From the IMG/VR virus record IMGVR_UViG_2711768023_000001: a stretch of DNA of 7,965 nucleotides; one strand, written 5' to 3'. Below are positions 1 through 7,357 of the stretch, one piece after another. The position numbers were made by a program, and so were the translations under genes. The number at the start of each line of letters is the position of its first letter. Position 1 is the first letter of the stretch. This stretch comes from a virus. Its lineage: Duplodnaviria; Heunggongvirae; Uroviricota; Caudoviricetes. The notes under the pieces are model-generated. The model worked only from the letters and a program-made list of their open reading frames with translations, was not told the DNA's origin and made no database searches.

Positions 1-86
1 CTCCAATGACTAGTCTAAAAACTAGTATTAAGACTATCACTTATTTAAGTGATACTGGTTGTCTGGAGATTCAGGGGGCCAGTCTA
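1..86 (-). mobile_element. IS2 left end (IRL and adjacent sequence), partial; the element continues beyond the left edge of the window
   Basis: Reverse complement of 1..86 matches, from memory, the first ~86 nt of IS2 (TAGACTGGCCCCCTGAATCTCCAGACAACCA.TATCACTTAAATAAGTGATAGTCTTAATACTAGTTTTTAGACTAGTCATTGGAG), with the terminal TAGACTGGCC at 77..86. All three forward frames contain stops. Recalled sequence, not searched. Confidence 0.8.
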
Positions 87-109
87 GTAAGGCTGCGAGA
101 GGTGAATAA
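87..109 (+). pseudogene. 3' remnant of a class-II holin (pinholin S21-like) gene truncated by the IS2 insertion
   Basis: Frame 2 reads ...K-A-A-R-G-E-stop (aag gct gcg aga ggt gaa TAA, 89..109), matching the recalled C-terminus of phage 21 pinholin (...RRKAARGE). The TAA overlaps the endolysin ATG (TAATG), as in lambdoid S-R junctions. Upstream of position 87 the sequence is IS2, not holin. Confidence 0.5.
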
Positions 110-482
110 TGTCGCCATCATTACGCAAGGCTGTTGCAGTTGCTATTGGTGGCGGGGCTGTTGCTATAGCATCTGTGTTAATCACTGGCCCAGGTGGTAA
201 CGATGGTCTGGAAGGTGTCAGCTACATACTATACAAAGATATCATTGGTGTATGGACTGTATGTCACGGACACACCGGAAAAGACATCATGCCTGGTAAA
301 ACGTATACCGAAGCAGAATGCAAAGCTCTCCTGAATAAAGACCTTGCCACTGTCGCCAGACAAATTAACCCGTACATCAAAGTCGATATACCGGAAACAA
401 CGCGCGGCGCTCTTTACTCGTTCGTTTACAACGTGGGCGCTGGCAATTTCAGAACATCGACGCTTCTTCGCAAAATAAACCA
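109..482 (+). CDS. R: SAR endolysin (phage 21 R-like lysozyme, T4-lysozyme/GH24 fold), 3' end hidden in the N gap
   Basis: ATG 109 with GAGAGG Shine-Dalgarno ~7 nt upstream. N-terminal Gly/Ala-rich weakly hydrophobic segment ([21 protein letters not shown]) typical of a signal-anchor-release domain, followed by the Glu/Asp/Thr catalytic context (GLEG..YKD..VWT). Near-identical over 125 residues to recalled phage 21 R / E. coli prophage lysozymes. The ORF runs into the N run at 483. Confidence 0.9.
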
Positions 483-933
483 NNNNNNNNNNNNNNNNNN
501 NNNNNNNNNNNNNNNNNNNNNNNNNNNNNNNNNNNNNNNNNNNNNNNNNNNNNNNNNNNNNNNNNNNNNNNNNNNNNNNNNNNNNNNNNNNNNNNNNNNN
601 NNNNNNNNNNNNNNNNNNNNNNNNNNNNNNNNNNNNNNNNNNNNNNNNNNNNNNNNNNNNNNNNNNNNNNNNNNNNNNNNNNNNNNNNNNNNNNNNNNNN
701 NNNNNNNNNNNNNNNNNNNNNNNNNNNNNNNNNNNNNNNNNNNNNNNNNNNNNNNNNNNNNNNNNNNNNNNNNNNNNNNNNNNNNNNNNNNNNNNNNNNN
801 NNNNNNNNNNNNNNNNNNNNNNNNNNNNNNNNNNNNNNNNNNNNNNNNNNNNNNNNNNNNNNNNNNNNNNNNNNNNNNNNNNNNNNNNNNNNNNNNNNNN
901 NNNNNNNNNNNNNNNNNNNNNNNNNNNNNNNNN
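483..933. other. Run of 451 N (assembly gap or masked sequence)
   Basis: Uninterrupted n characters. The X-containing ORFs in the track across this interval are artifacts. Confidence 1.
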
Positions 934-1116
934 AAATGCCCTGTGCCATCCTCAGCCGAAACCTCCAGCGCCTCCGGCATGGGCAATGATGCCACCGTCG
1001 AACTCTCTCCAGTTGCTGGACGAAACGTTCTCGGTATCCGGGACGGAATCATCAGCGACCAGACAGCATTGAGAATGCTTCAGGAGTACATCAGGATCCA
1101 ATGCCTTGGGGGGTAG
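934..1116 (+). CDS. Rz: i-spanin (Rz-like), C-terminal part only; 5' end in the gap
   Basis: Open frame emerging from the gap and ending at TAG 1114..1116. The C-terminus (...LQEYIRIQCLGG) has a Cys near the end, like lambda Rz (...YINEQCR). Sits immediately downstream of the endolysin and contains a nested +1-frame proline-rich ORF. Confidence 0.6.
   Translation, partial: KCPVPSSAETSSASGMGNDATVELSPVAGRNVLGIRDGIISDQTALRMLQEYIRIQCLGG
935..1072 (+). CDS. Rz1: o-spanin (Rz1-like lipoprotein), nested in the +1 frame of Rz; 5' end (signal peptide) in the gap
   Basis: The +1 frame reads ..ALC-HPQPKPPAPPAWAMMPPSNSLQLLDETFSVSGTESSATRQH, stop TGA 1070..1072. Pro-rich with a PPAPPAW motif like lambda Rz1 (PPPPPAW). 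The Cys at 944..946 is a plausible lipobox Cys. Confidence 0.6.
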   Translation, partial: NALCHPQPKPPAPPAWAMMPPSNSLQLLDETFSVSGTESSATRQH

Positions 1117-1204
1117 CGGTAATTTTACTCATTATCCTTCAAATCAGATTCTGTTGTCAGAGGAATGGGGGAAGCTGGATTCGCAAGAGCTTTTTATGGG
1201 CAGT

Positions 1205-1714
1205 TTAGCTAAAAAAAGGCAACACGAAGCTAAAACTACCAACATAAAGTGCTGACCAGCTAGCAGCTGAAATCAGACTCACTGTATACACTTTCACTGG
1301 ATGAAGTTGCAACATTCCTGCCACCAAAGGAGCAATATAACGCAGCACGGCGATAAAGCGCGAAGTGAAAAGTATTGACACAGAGTTATTTTGCAACTGA
1401 AGGCGAACCCGTTCTATTGTATTGGAACGGCTTGATATTATACATGCAAGTTGAGGGATATGCCCAATTATTATACCAAGATGGTAATTAACGATAGTAC
1501 CGCACCATGCGCCACTCATGACCGTGATTCCAGCTTCCCATGGTGAAAGAGTCGTCTTGCTGACTGTAATTACAGTGGCCATCATAATTGATGCTGGTGG
1601 CAATATCGCCGAAATGAGTAAAGTGGATTTTGTGAACGCTATTATAAAAAGAAGCCCCCATAGGCGATATGGATGAAGTACAAAATAGTTCATCAAAGCA
1701 TTTATCCACTCCAT
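1205..1714 (-). CDS. DedA/YqaA-family-like polytopic inner-membrane protein (moron, function unknown)
   Basis: 510-nt ORF on the complement strand. ATG is the complement of 1712..1714, preceded by an AGGAA Shine-Dalgarno; the track's first codon is a TTG at 1715..1717. Stop TAA is the complement of 1205..1207. The protein is mostly hydrophobic with several predicted transmembrane helices and resembles recalled E. coli YqaA (P..S..PW...T.G...G..N..LG ... LRY). The region is visibly AT-rich relative to flanking phage genes. Confidence 0.7.
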   Translation of the reverse strand: MEWINALMNYFVLHPYRLWGLLFIIAFTKSTLLISAILPPASIMMATVITVSKTTLSPWEAGITVMSGAWCGTIVNYHLGIIIGHIPQLACIISSRSNTIERVRLQLQNNSVSILFTSRFIAVLRYIAPLVAGMLQLHPVKVYTVSLISAASWSALYVGSFSFVLPFFS

Positions 1715-1767
1715 CAATGTCTTTCCTTCTGTGAATTTTTCTTTGCTATTTAACCGTGATACGACTT

Positions 1768-1797
1768 AATTTAGGCTTAAACACCTTACATTTACAA
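1768..1797 (-). promoter_or_regulatory. Putative sigma70-type promoter for the moron gene
   Basis: On the complement strand: TTGTAA (complement of 1792..1797), 18-nt spacer, TAAATT (complement of 1768..1773), about 55 nt upstream of the moron ATG. Weak match by eye, no experimental support. Confidence 0.2.
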
Positions 1798-1911
1798 GGT
1801 ACTCCTGTGGGGGGCCCTGCCACGGAGCGTCGCAGGAGTGAGTGATGAGGAAGAATTAAAGCAACCTATTGTGACAGGCAGCGATAACAGTAAATCACAG
1901 GAAGCATAATC

Positions 1912-2676
1912 ATGGCAAAACCGGACTGGGAGGCCATCGAATCGGCATACCGGGCCGGAGTCCTTAGCCTCCGTGATATAGGCGAGAAATACGGCGTTAC
2001 AGAAGGGGCTATCAGGAAGAGGGCCAAAAAGCTTGGTTGGGCACGCAGTGGCGGTACGCAGGTTTGCAAAAATGGTACGCAAAAAAGGAAAGTGCGTACC
2101 AGCAGAAAGCCTGCCATTACTGGCCTTACACAAAAAAGTACGCAACTAAAAACAGAATCTACACCGGATACGAAACCGATACGCGGAATGCGTACCGATC
2201 CCCCGACTAACCCATTCCAACCCGGTAACCAGCAGGCATTAAAACACGGTGGTTATGCCCGTCGCCTTCTGCTCAAAGATGAGGTGATAGAGGACGCTAA
2301 AGCGTTGACGCTCGAGGACGAATTATTTCGCCTTCGTGCTAACAACCTTGTCGCTGCAGAGAATATTGGTCGGTGGTTGGTGTCGCTGGAAGATGCTAAT
2401 GGGGACCAGGAAAGGAAGATGCTGATTGAAAATATCAGCGCCGCCGAGAAAGCAATGATGCGCAATACAGTTCGTATTGAGTCCATCGTTGGCACGCTTG
2501 CGACGGTAGGAAAAATATTTGCTGATACAGCCTACCGCAAGGCCGCCACTGATAAGGTGTCTCTGGAGGCTGATCGTCTTCGCCGTGATGCAGGTATTGA
2601 TGATGGCAATGGAGAGCGTGACCTCAATGACTTCTACTCTGACATCCAAACCGACGCTGAATCCGGCTTTACGTAG
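1912..2676 (+). CDS. Terminase small subunit (HTH-containing)
   Basis: ATG 1912 with AGGAAG Shine-Dalgarno 8 nt upstream. N-terminal helix-turn-helix-like segment (LSLRDIGEKYGVTEGAIRKRAKKLGW), basic central region, acidic C-terminus. Lies immediately upstream of, and overlaps, the large terminase gene. Stop TAG 2674..2676. Confidence 0.8.
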   Translation: MAKPDWEAIESAYRAGVLSLRDIGEKYGVTEGAIRKRAKKLGWARSGGTQVCKNGTQKRKVRTSRKPAITGLTQKSTQLKTESTPDTKPIRGMRTDPPTNPFQPGNQQALKHGGYARRLLLKDEVIEDAKALTLEDELFRLRANNLVAAENIGRWLVSLEDANGDQERKMLIENISAAEKAMMRNTVRIESIVGTLATVGKIFADTAYRKAATDKVSLEADRLRRDAGIDDGNGERDLNDFYSDIQTDAESGFT

Positions 2677-4030
2677 TTTCTGGACTATGCGGGCACGTAA
2701 CAAAGTGCTTTATGGTGGTCGGTCATCGTCAAAATCATGGGATGCCGCTGGCATTGCCATATTTCTGTCGAATAAATACACCCTGCGTTTTTGTTGTGCC
2801 CGTCAGATCCAGAATAAAATCGAAGAGTCGGTGTATACCCTGCTCAAAATTCAGATAGACAGGTTTGGTCTGCGGCACCGTTTCCGTATTCTGAACAACA
2901 AAATCATTAACCGGGTTACTGGCTCGGAATTTGTTTTTTATGGATTATGGCGCAACATCGAAGAAATTAAGTCACTGGAGGGGATCGATGTGTTGTGGCT
3001 GGAAGAAGCCCACGCACTGACGGAATACCAGTGGAAAATTCTGGAGCCAACGATCCGTAAAGAGGGTTCGGAATGCTGGTTCATATTCAACCCCGGACTT
3101 GTTACTGATTTCGTCTGGCGCAACTTCGTTGTTGATCCGCCCGAAGGCACTCTCATCCGCAAAATTAACTATGACGAAAATCCGTTTCTGTCTGACACCA
3201 TGCTTAAGGTTATCGACGCGGCGCGACGCCGTGATCCGGATGGTTTTAAACATGTGTATGAGGGCGTTCCGGAGTCTGATGATGATGCGGCAATCATCAA
3301 ACTGTCTTGGATAGAAGCCGCAGTGGATGCGCACAAAACGTTAAATTTCGAACCCAGTGGAAGAAAGCGTATTGGCTTTGACGTGGCTGACAGTGGTACA
3401 GATAAGTGCGCTAACGTTTACCGTCACGGATCCGTTGTTTTCTGGGCCGACGAATGGAAGGCCAAAGAAGATGAATTACTGAAGAGCTGCCAGCGTACTT
3501 ATCAGGCGGCGCTGGAGCGTGAAGCAGATATTGTTTACGACTCTATCGGTGTTGGTGCGTCTGCCGGTGCTAAATTCTCTGAAATTAACGCTGACCGGAA
3601 GAGCGAGAACGCATACGCGCGACGTGTGAATTACCAGAGGTTTAACGCCGGTGCTGGTGTGCATGAGCCAGATGACGAGTACAACGGCATCCCCAACAAA
3701 GACTTTTTCGCAAATCTTAAGGCTCAGGCATGGTGGCTGGTGGCTGACCGTTTCAGAAATACGTTTAACGCCATTAACAACGGAGAACAGTATCCTGTGG
3801 ATGAGCTGATCAGCATAGATTCTCGTTGTCCGTTGCTTGAAAAGCTGAAACTGGAACTGACAACACCTCATCGTGATTTCGACCGTAACGGACGTGTGAT
3901 GGTCGAAAGTAAAAAAGACCTCGCAAAACGCGAGATACCGTCACCAAACGTTGCTGATGCATTCATTATGGCCTTCGCGCCAATCGATACATCGCTGGAT
4001 ATCTGGGAACAGCTGGGGAGACAGGCCTGA
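2627..4030 (+). CDS. Terminase large subunit (PBSX/Terminase_6-like ATPase-nuclease)
   Basis: The ORF is open from 2519. The most plausible start is ATG 2627 (MTSTLTSKPTLNPALRSFW...) with GGAG 12 nt upstream, overlapping the TerS 3' end; alternative ATGs are at 2600, 2603 and 2609. P-loop YGGRSSSKSW, Walker-B-like DVLWLEEAH, C-terminal nuclease-domain acidic motifs (IGFDVADSG.., ..VADAFIMAFA). Stop TGA 4028..4030. Confidence 0.9.
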   Translation: MTSTLTSKPTLNPALRSFWTMRARNKVLYGGRSSSKSWDAAGIAIFLSNKYTLRFCCARQIQNKIEESVYTLLKIQIDRFGLRHRFRILNNKIINRVTGSEFVFYGLWRNIEEIKSLEGIDVLWLEEAHALTEYQWKILEPTIRKEGSECWFIFNPGLVTDFVWRNFVVDPPEGTLIRKINYDENPFLSDTMLKVIDAARRRDPDGFKHVYEGVPESDDDAAIIKLSWIEAAVDAHKTLNFEPSGRKRIGFDVADSGTDKCANVYRHGSVVFWADEWKAKEDELLKSCQRTYQAALEREADIVYDSIGVGASAGAKFSEINADRKSENAYARRVNYQRFNAGAGVHEPDDEYNGIPNKDFFANLKAQAWWLVADRFRNTFNAINNGEQYPVDELISIDSRCPLLEKLKLELTTPHRDFDRNGRVMVESKKDLAKREIPSPNVADAFIMAFAPIDTSLDIWEQLGRQA

Positions 4031-5496
4031 TGGCACGAAACAAACAAGCCCTGCGGCGAACTGTGCAGGCCACAGCTGATGGTTATGAGAATTTTATTGC
4101 CCGCGTAGGGATGCAGACACCTAACCAGCACTCAGCATCCACCTACCGGGCTAATTTCACCAGTCGTAACCGCATGCTGGTGGAATGGTCCTATCGTTCA
4201 TCCTAGATCATCGGCGAAGCAGTCGATGCTATCCCGGATGATATGACCCGCAAAGGCATTCGCATCACTTCGGAAATTGATGCAAAAGATCGTGGCATTC
4301 TCGAATCACAACTGGATGAGTTGCAAATCTGGGATGCGCTGAATGACGTGCTGAAATGGTCGCGCCTCTACGGCGGCGCGGTGGGTTTCATCATGATTGA
4401 GGGGTAGGCACCAATGACCCCGCTGCGACCCGAAACCATCGGTAAGGGCAAGTTTAAGGGGATTCTCCCGCTCGACCGCTGGATGGTCGACCCGGCACTG
4501 ACCCGCCGCATTAAAGATATGGGGCCGGACCTGGGTAAACCTGAGTTTTACGATGTGGTGACCACAGCAACGGGAATTCCTGCCTGGCGCATTCATCACA
4601 GTCGCCTGATTCGCTTTGATGGCGTCACGTTGCCATTTCAGCAGAAGATGACCGAGAACGAATGGGGAATGTCGGTTGTAGAGCGTATCTGGGATCGTCT
4701 TACCGCGTTCGACAGCGCTACTGTCGGCGCGGCGCAGCTGGTCTACAAGGCGCATTTGCGTACCTACAGCGTGGAGAAGCTACGCGAGCTTATCGCACTT
4801 GGTGGTCCTGCGTATGAAGCGTTGCTGAAGAATATCGACCTGATTCGACAGTTCCAGAGTAATGAAGGCATGACGCTCATGGACTCGCGGGATAAGTTTG
4901 AAACCCATCAGTACAGCTTCAGTGGTCTGGATGACATCCTTTCGCAGTTTGTAGAACAGATTAGTGGCGCTGTTGGTATCCCACTGGTGCGGTTGTTCGG
5001 ACAGTCCCCGAAAGGATTTTCTACCGGTGATGCAGACCTTGCCAACTATTACGATCGCATCAGTTCGTTGCAGGAGAGGCGTTTACGTCTTCCGGTGCGG
5101 CGGATACTGGACATCATGCATCGTTCGGAACTTGGCAAGCCGCTGCCGGACGATTTCACGTTTGAGTTTAACCCGCTCTGGCAAATGTCTGATGTCGATC
5201 GCTCAACGGTGGCGTTAAACACCACCAACGCAATCAGTACGGCGCTGGGTGATGGTCTGATGACACTGAAAGCCGCTATGACTGATTTGCGAGAAAATTC
5301 TGACGTAACCGGCATCGGGGCATCCATTACCGACGAGGACATCGAGAATGCCGAAGATGAAGCGCCGCCCGGCATCGGCGAACCTGATGACGAACCGCAG
5401 GAGCCGTCAGGCGGAAATCCGGTATCGAACCAGCCTACGCAGGATAGCGAGGGCGGTCGGAGACATCGTAAATGGTCGCTACGATGGTTCAAATGA
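4030..5496 (+). pseudogene. Portal protein gene interrupted by two in-frame amber (TAG) codons
   Basis: ATG 4030 overlaps the TerL stop (TGATG) with GGGGAG 9 nt upstream. A single frame runs 4030..5496 (486 sense codons) except for TAG at 4204..4206 and 4405..4407. The peptides on both sides read as one continuous portal N-terminal region (..YRANFTSRNRMLVEWSYRSS*IIGEAVDAIPDDMTRKG.. and ..RLYGGAVGFIMIEG*APMTPLRPETIGKG..). The longest uninterrupted part is 4414..5496 (360 aa). Acidic C-terminal tail; stop TGA 5494..5496. Confidence 0.8.
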
Positions 5497-6130
5497 CAGT
5501 ATCACGGAAATTATTGCGGCGCTGGAGCGTTACAGTGAAATCATCACCCCCTGGGCGACAAAGGTCGCGGAAAACTTTACTGCGGACCTAACCCGGCAGA
5601 ACGAGAAAGTTTGGCGGCAACACAGCAAGAACATCAGTCGCGAGCTCCGCAATCTTGTGGAAAGCGCTCCTGTGGGCCAGGTGATGCAATCCATCATCGC
5701 CGAACAGGTCAAGTACATCAAATCTCTGCCTCTCGAGGCCGCAGACAGGGTGTACGACATCCAGAACAAAGCGATAGAGGCTGTTGTCACCGGTGGTCGG
5801 GCGGAGCAGTTTGCTAAAGAGATTGCATCTACCGGCGATGTTGCTAAGTCTAGGGCCGATCTGATTGCCCGAACGGAACTGGGAAGAGCAACGGGCGCGC
5901 TGGATATGGCCCGAGCGATAGCTATTGGCTCGGATGGTTATATTTGGCGTACAGCCGATGATGGCGATGTCCGAGATTCCCACGATCACATGAAAGGTAA
6001 ATTCGTCCGCTGGGATTCACCTCCAACTTTGGACGGCATGACCGGCCACGCGGGCGAGCTGCCAAACTGCCGCTGCTATAAAGAGATCGTGTTTGTTCGC
6101 GTTCCATTCGCAATGAAAAGGGCAGCATAA
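5348..6130 (+). CDS. Head morphogenesis protein (phage Mu F-like / SPP1 gp7 family minor head protein)
   Basis: Carries the hallmark C-terminal motif of the Mu-F family (YIWRTADDGDVRDSHDHMKGK....GHAGELPNCRCY). ATG 5348 has a GAGGA Shine-Dalgarno 9 nt upstream; alternative in-frame ATGs at 5357 and 5387. Overlaps the portal 3' end by 149 nt. Stop TAA 6128..6130. Confidence 0.8.
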   Translation: MPKMKRRPASANLMTNRRSRQAEIRYRTSLRRIARAVGDIVNGRYDGSNDSITEIIAALERYSEIITPWATKVAENFTADLTRQNEKVWRQHSKNISRELRNLVESAPVGQVMQSIIAEQVKYIKSLPLEAADRVYDIQNKAIEAVVTGGRAEQFAKEIASTGDVAKSRADLIARTELGRATGALDMARAIAIGSDGYIWRTADDGDVRDSHDHMKGKFVRWDSPPTLDGMTGHAGELPNCRCYKEIVFVRVPFAMKRAA

Positions 6131-6133
6131 CCC

Positions 6134-7354
6134 ATGAAATACTTTTTTGAGACCAGGCTCGGGGAAACCCGATACCGCCTGGCTGACGGCTCGTTGCTGT
6201 GCAAAGACGTGCCGATAGGACGAACAGGTAAGCAGCTCTATGGTGCTGATGACCTGCCAAAACTGAAACCCGATAAGTTCGGTGAAATAGTCGTCACGCG
6301 TTCTCCTGAGCAGGTATTCCATCCGGCCACGCTTGCCTCATTCGAAGGGATGAGCATCACGATCCTGCATCCTGAAGATGAAAACGGGAATGTGCGGCTG
6401 GTAAATCCCGAGAACTGGAAAGAGCTTGCTGTCGGGCACCTCCAGAATGTCCGGCGCGGGACGGGTGAGCAGTCTGATTTGATGCTGGCTGACCTTATCG
6501 TCAAAGACGAAAGCGCCATTCAGCTTATCGAAGATGGCCTGCGCGAAGTGTCGTGCGGCTATGACGCGGAGTACGAGCAGACCGAGCCAGGTAAAGCCGA
6601 GCAGGTCGATATTACCGGAAACCATGTGGCTCTTGTCCCTAAAGGCAGAGCCGGAAATCGTTGTGCAATTGGAGACAGAGACACAATGGCAAATCAAAAG
6701 AAAAACTGGTGGAACCGCATGCGTGCGGCCATCAAGACAGGAGATGCCGACACCATGAACGAACTGGTGGAGTCGGCTCCCGCATCGGTTACAGGAGATG
6801 AGGGGGATTTGCCGCAGGGCGTTAATCTCAACATCAACCTGTCCCCGCAGCAACCACTACCGGACAAAGCACCAGAGATGGGCGGAGATCCAACCGGCGA
6901 CAGTGATGATGACCTCAAAACATTACTGAAAGCCCTGCTGGCTAAGCTGGAAAGAAATGCCACGGGCGATAACGATAATAAGCCTGACGATAATCCGACC
7001 GGTGACGGCGAGGACGATGAAGAGGAAACCACGATTACTGGTGACTCAGCCTGGCGTGCCGAAGTTATCGTTCCGGGTATCGATCTGAGCCGTAAGATGA
7101 AACCGACCGCGTTCAAACGCGAGGTTCTGGCTTCTGCTGACAAAACGCTGGTTCGCCAGATAGTCGGTGATGCGGATATCCGCAAATTACCGAAACAATC
7201 GGTCGACATGGCGTTTAATGCCGTGTCTGAGGTTGCCAAAGGGCGAAACACCCGCGCCACCACCGGCGATGCACAGCGCCTAAACATGGGCATGACCAGT
7301 ATCGCTTCCCTGAACAAACAAAACGCTGAATTCTGGGCAAACCGTAAAGGGTAA
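6134..7354 (+). CDS. Phage head-assembly protein, DUF2213-like N-terminal domain with an acidic TGD-repeat scaffold-like region
   Basis: ATG 6134 sits 3 nt after the upstream stop, with a purine-rich AAAAGGG 11 nt upstream. The N-terminal ~180 aa (MKYFFETRLGETRYRLADGS..HPEDENG..) resembles recalled DUF2213 phage proteins. The middle is acidic low-complexity with repeated TGD motifs; the C-terminus is more basic and helical. Position between the Mu-F gene and downstream structural genes fits a scaffold/protease role. Stop TAA 7352..7354. Confidence 0.7.
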   Translation: MKYFFETRLGETRYRLADGSLLCKDVPIGRTGKQLYGADDLPKLKPDKFGEIVVTRSPEQVFHPATLASFEGMSITILHPEDENGNVRLVNPENWKELAVGHLQNVRRGTGEQSDLMLADLIVKDESAIQLIEDGLREVSCGYDAEYEQTEPGKAEQVDITGNHVALVPKGRAGNRCAIGDRDTMANQKKNWWNRMRAAIKTGDADTMNELVESAPASVTGDEGDLPQGVNLNINLSPQQPLPDKAPEMGGDPTGDSDDDLKTLLKALLAKLERNATGDNDNKPDDNPTGDGEDDEEETTITGDSAWRAEVIVPGIDLSRKMKPTAFKREVLASADKTLVRQIVGDADIRKLPKQSVDMAFNAVSEVAKGRNTRATTGDAQRLNMGMTSIASLNKQNAEFWANRKG

Positions 7355-7357
7355 AAA

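Noticed and set aside
9-53. Two ACTAGT sites and a near-perfect palindrome TATCACTT-ATTT-AAGTGATA, which first looked like engineered restriction sites or a lambdoid operator
   Set aside because: These lie within what I recognise as the IS2 left end, so they are part of the insertion sequence rather than a cloning scar or phage operator.
6-200. 64-aa ORF (MTSLKTSIK...) at the left edge
   Set aside because: It starts inside the IS2 terminal repeat and runs out of frame across the well-supported endolysin start. Cys/Trp-rich with no holin-like transmembrane segment; a spurious overlap ORF.
426-1052. Minus-strand ORFs 426..1052 and 449..949 in the track
   Set aside because: Almost entirely translation of the N run (X residues); artifacts of the gap.
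1172-1196. Terminator-like hairpin after Rz/Rz1 (AAGCT..12 nt..AGCTT followed by TTTAT)
   Set aside because: The stem is only 5-6 bp and AT-rich, so predicted stability is poor. It may contribute to termination but is not confidently callable.
1792-2145. Minus-strand ORFs 1792..2145 and 1866..2117 overlapping the TerS start
   Set aside because: Antisense to TerS, with no start context and composition typical of a non-coding frame.
1114-2700. Possible reassignment of TAG as a sense codon
   Set aside because: TAG sits at the expected termini of Rz (1114..1116) and TerS (2674..2676), and codon usage looks like standard enterobacterial code. The portal TAGs are better explained as nonsense mutations. 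Caveat: both terminal TAGs are followed closely by in-frame TAA.
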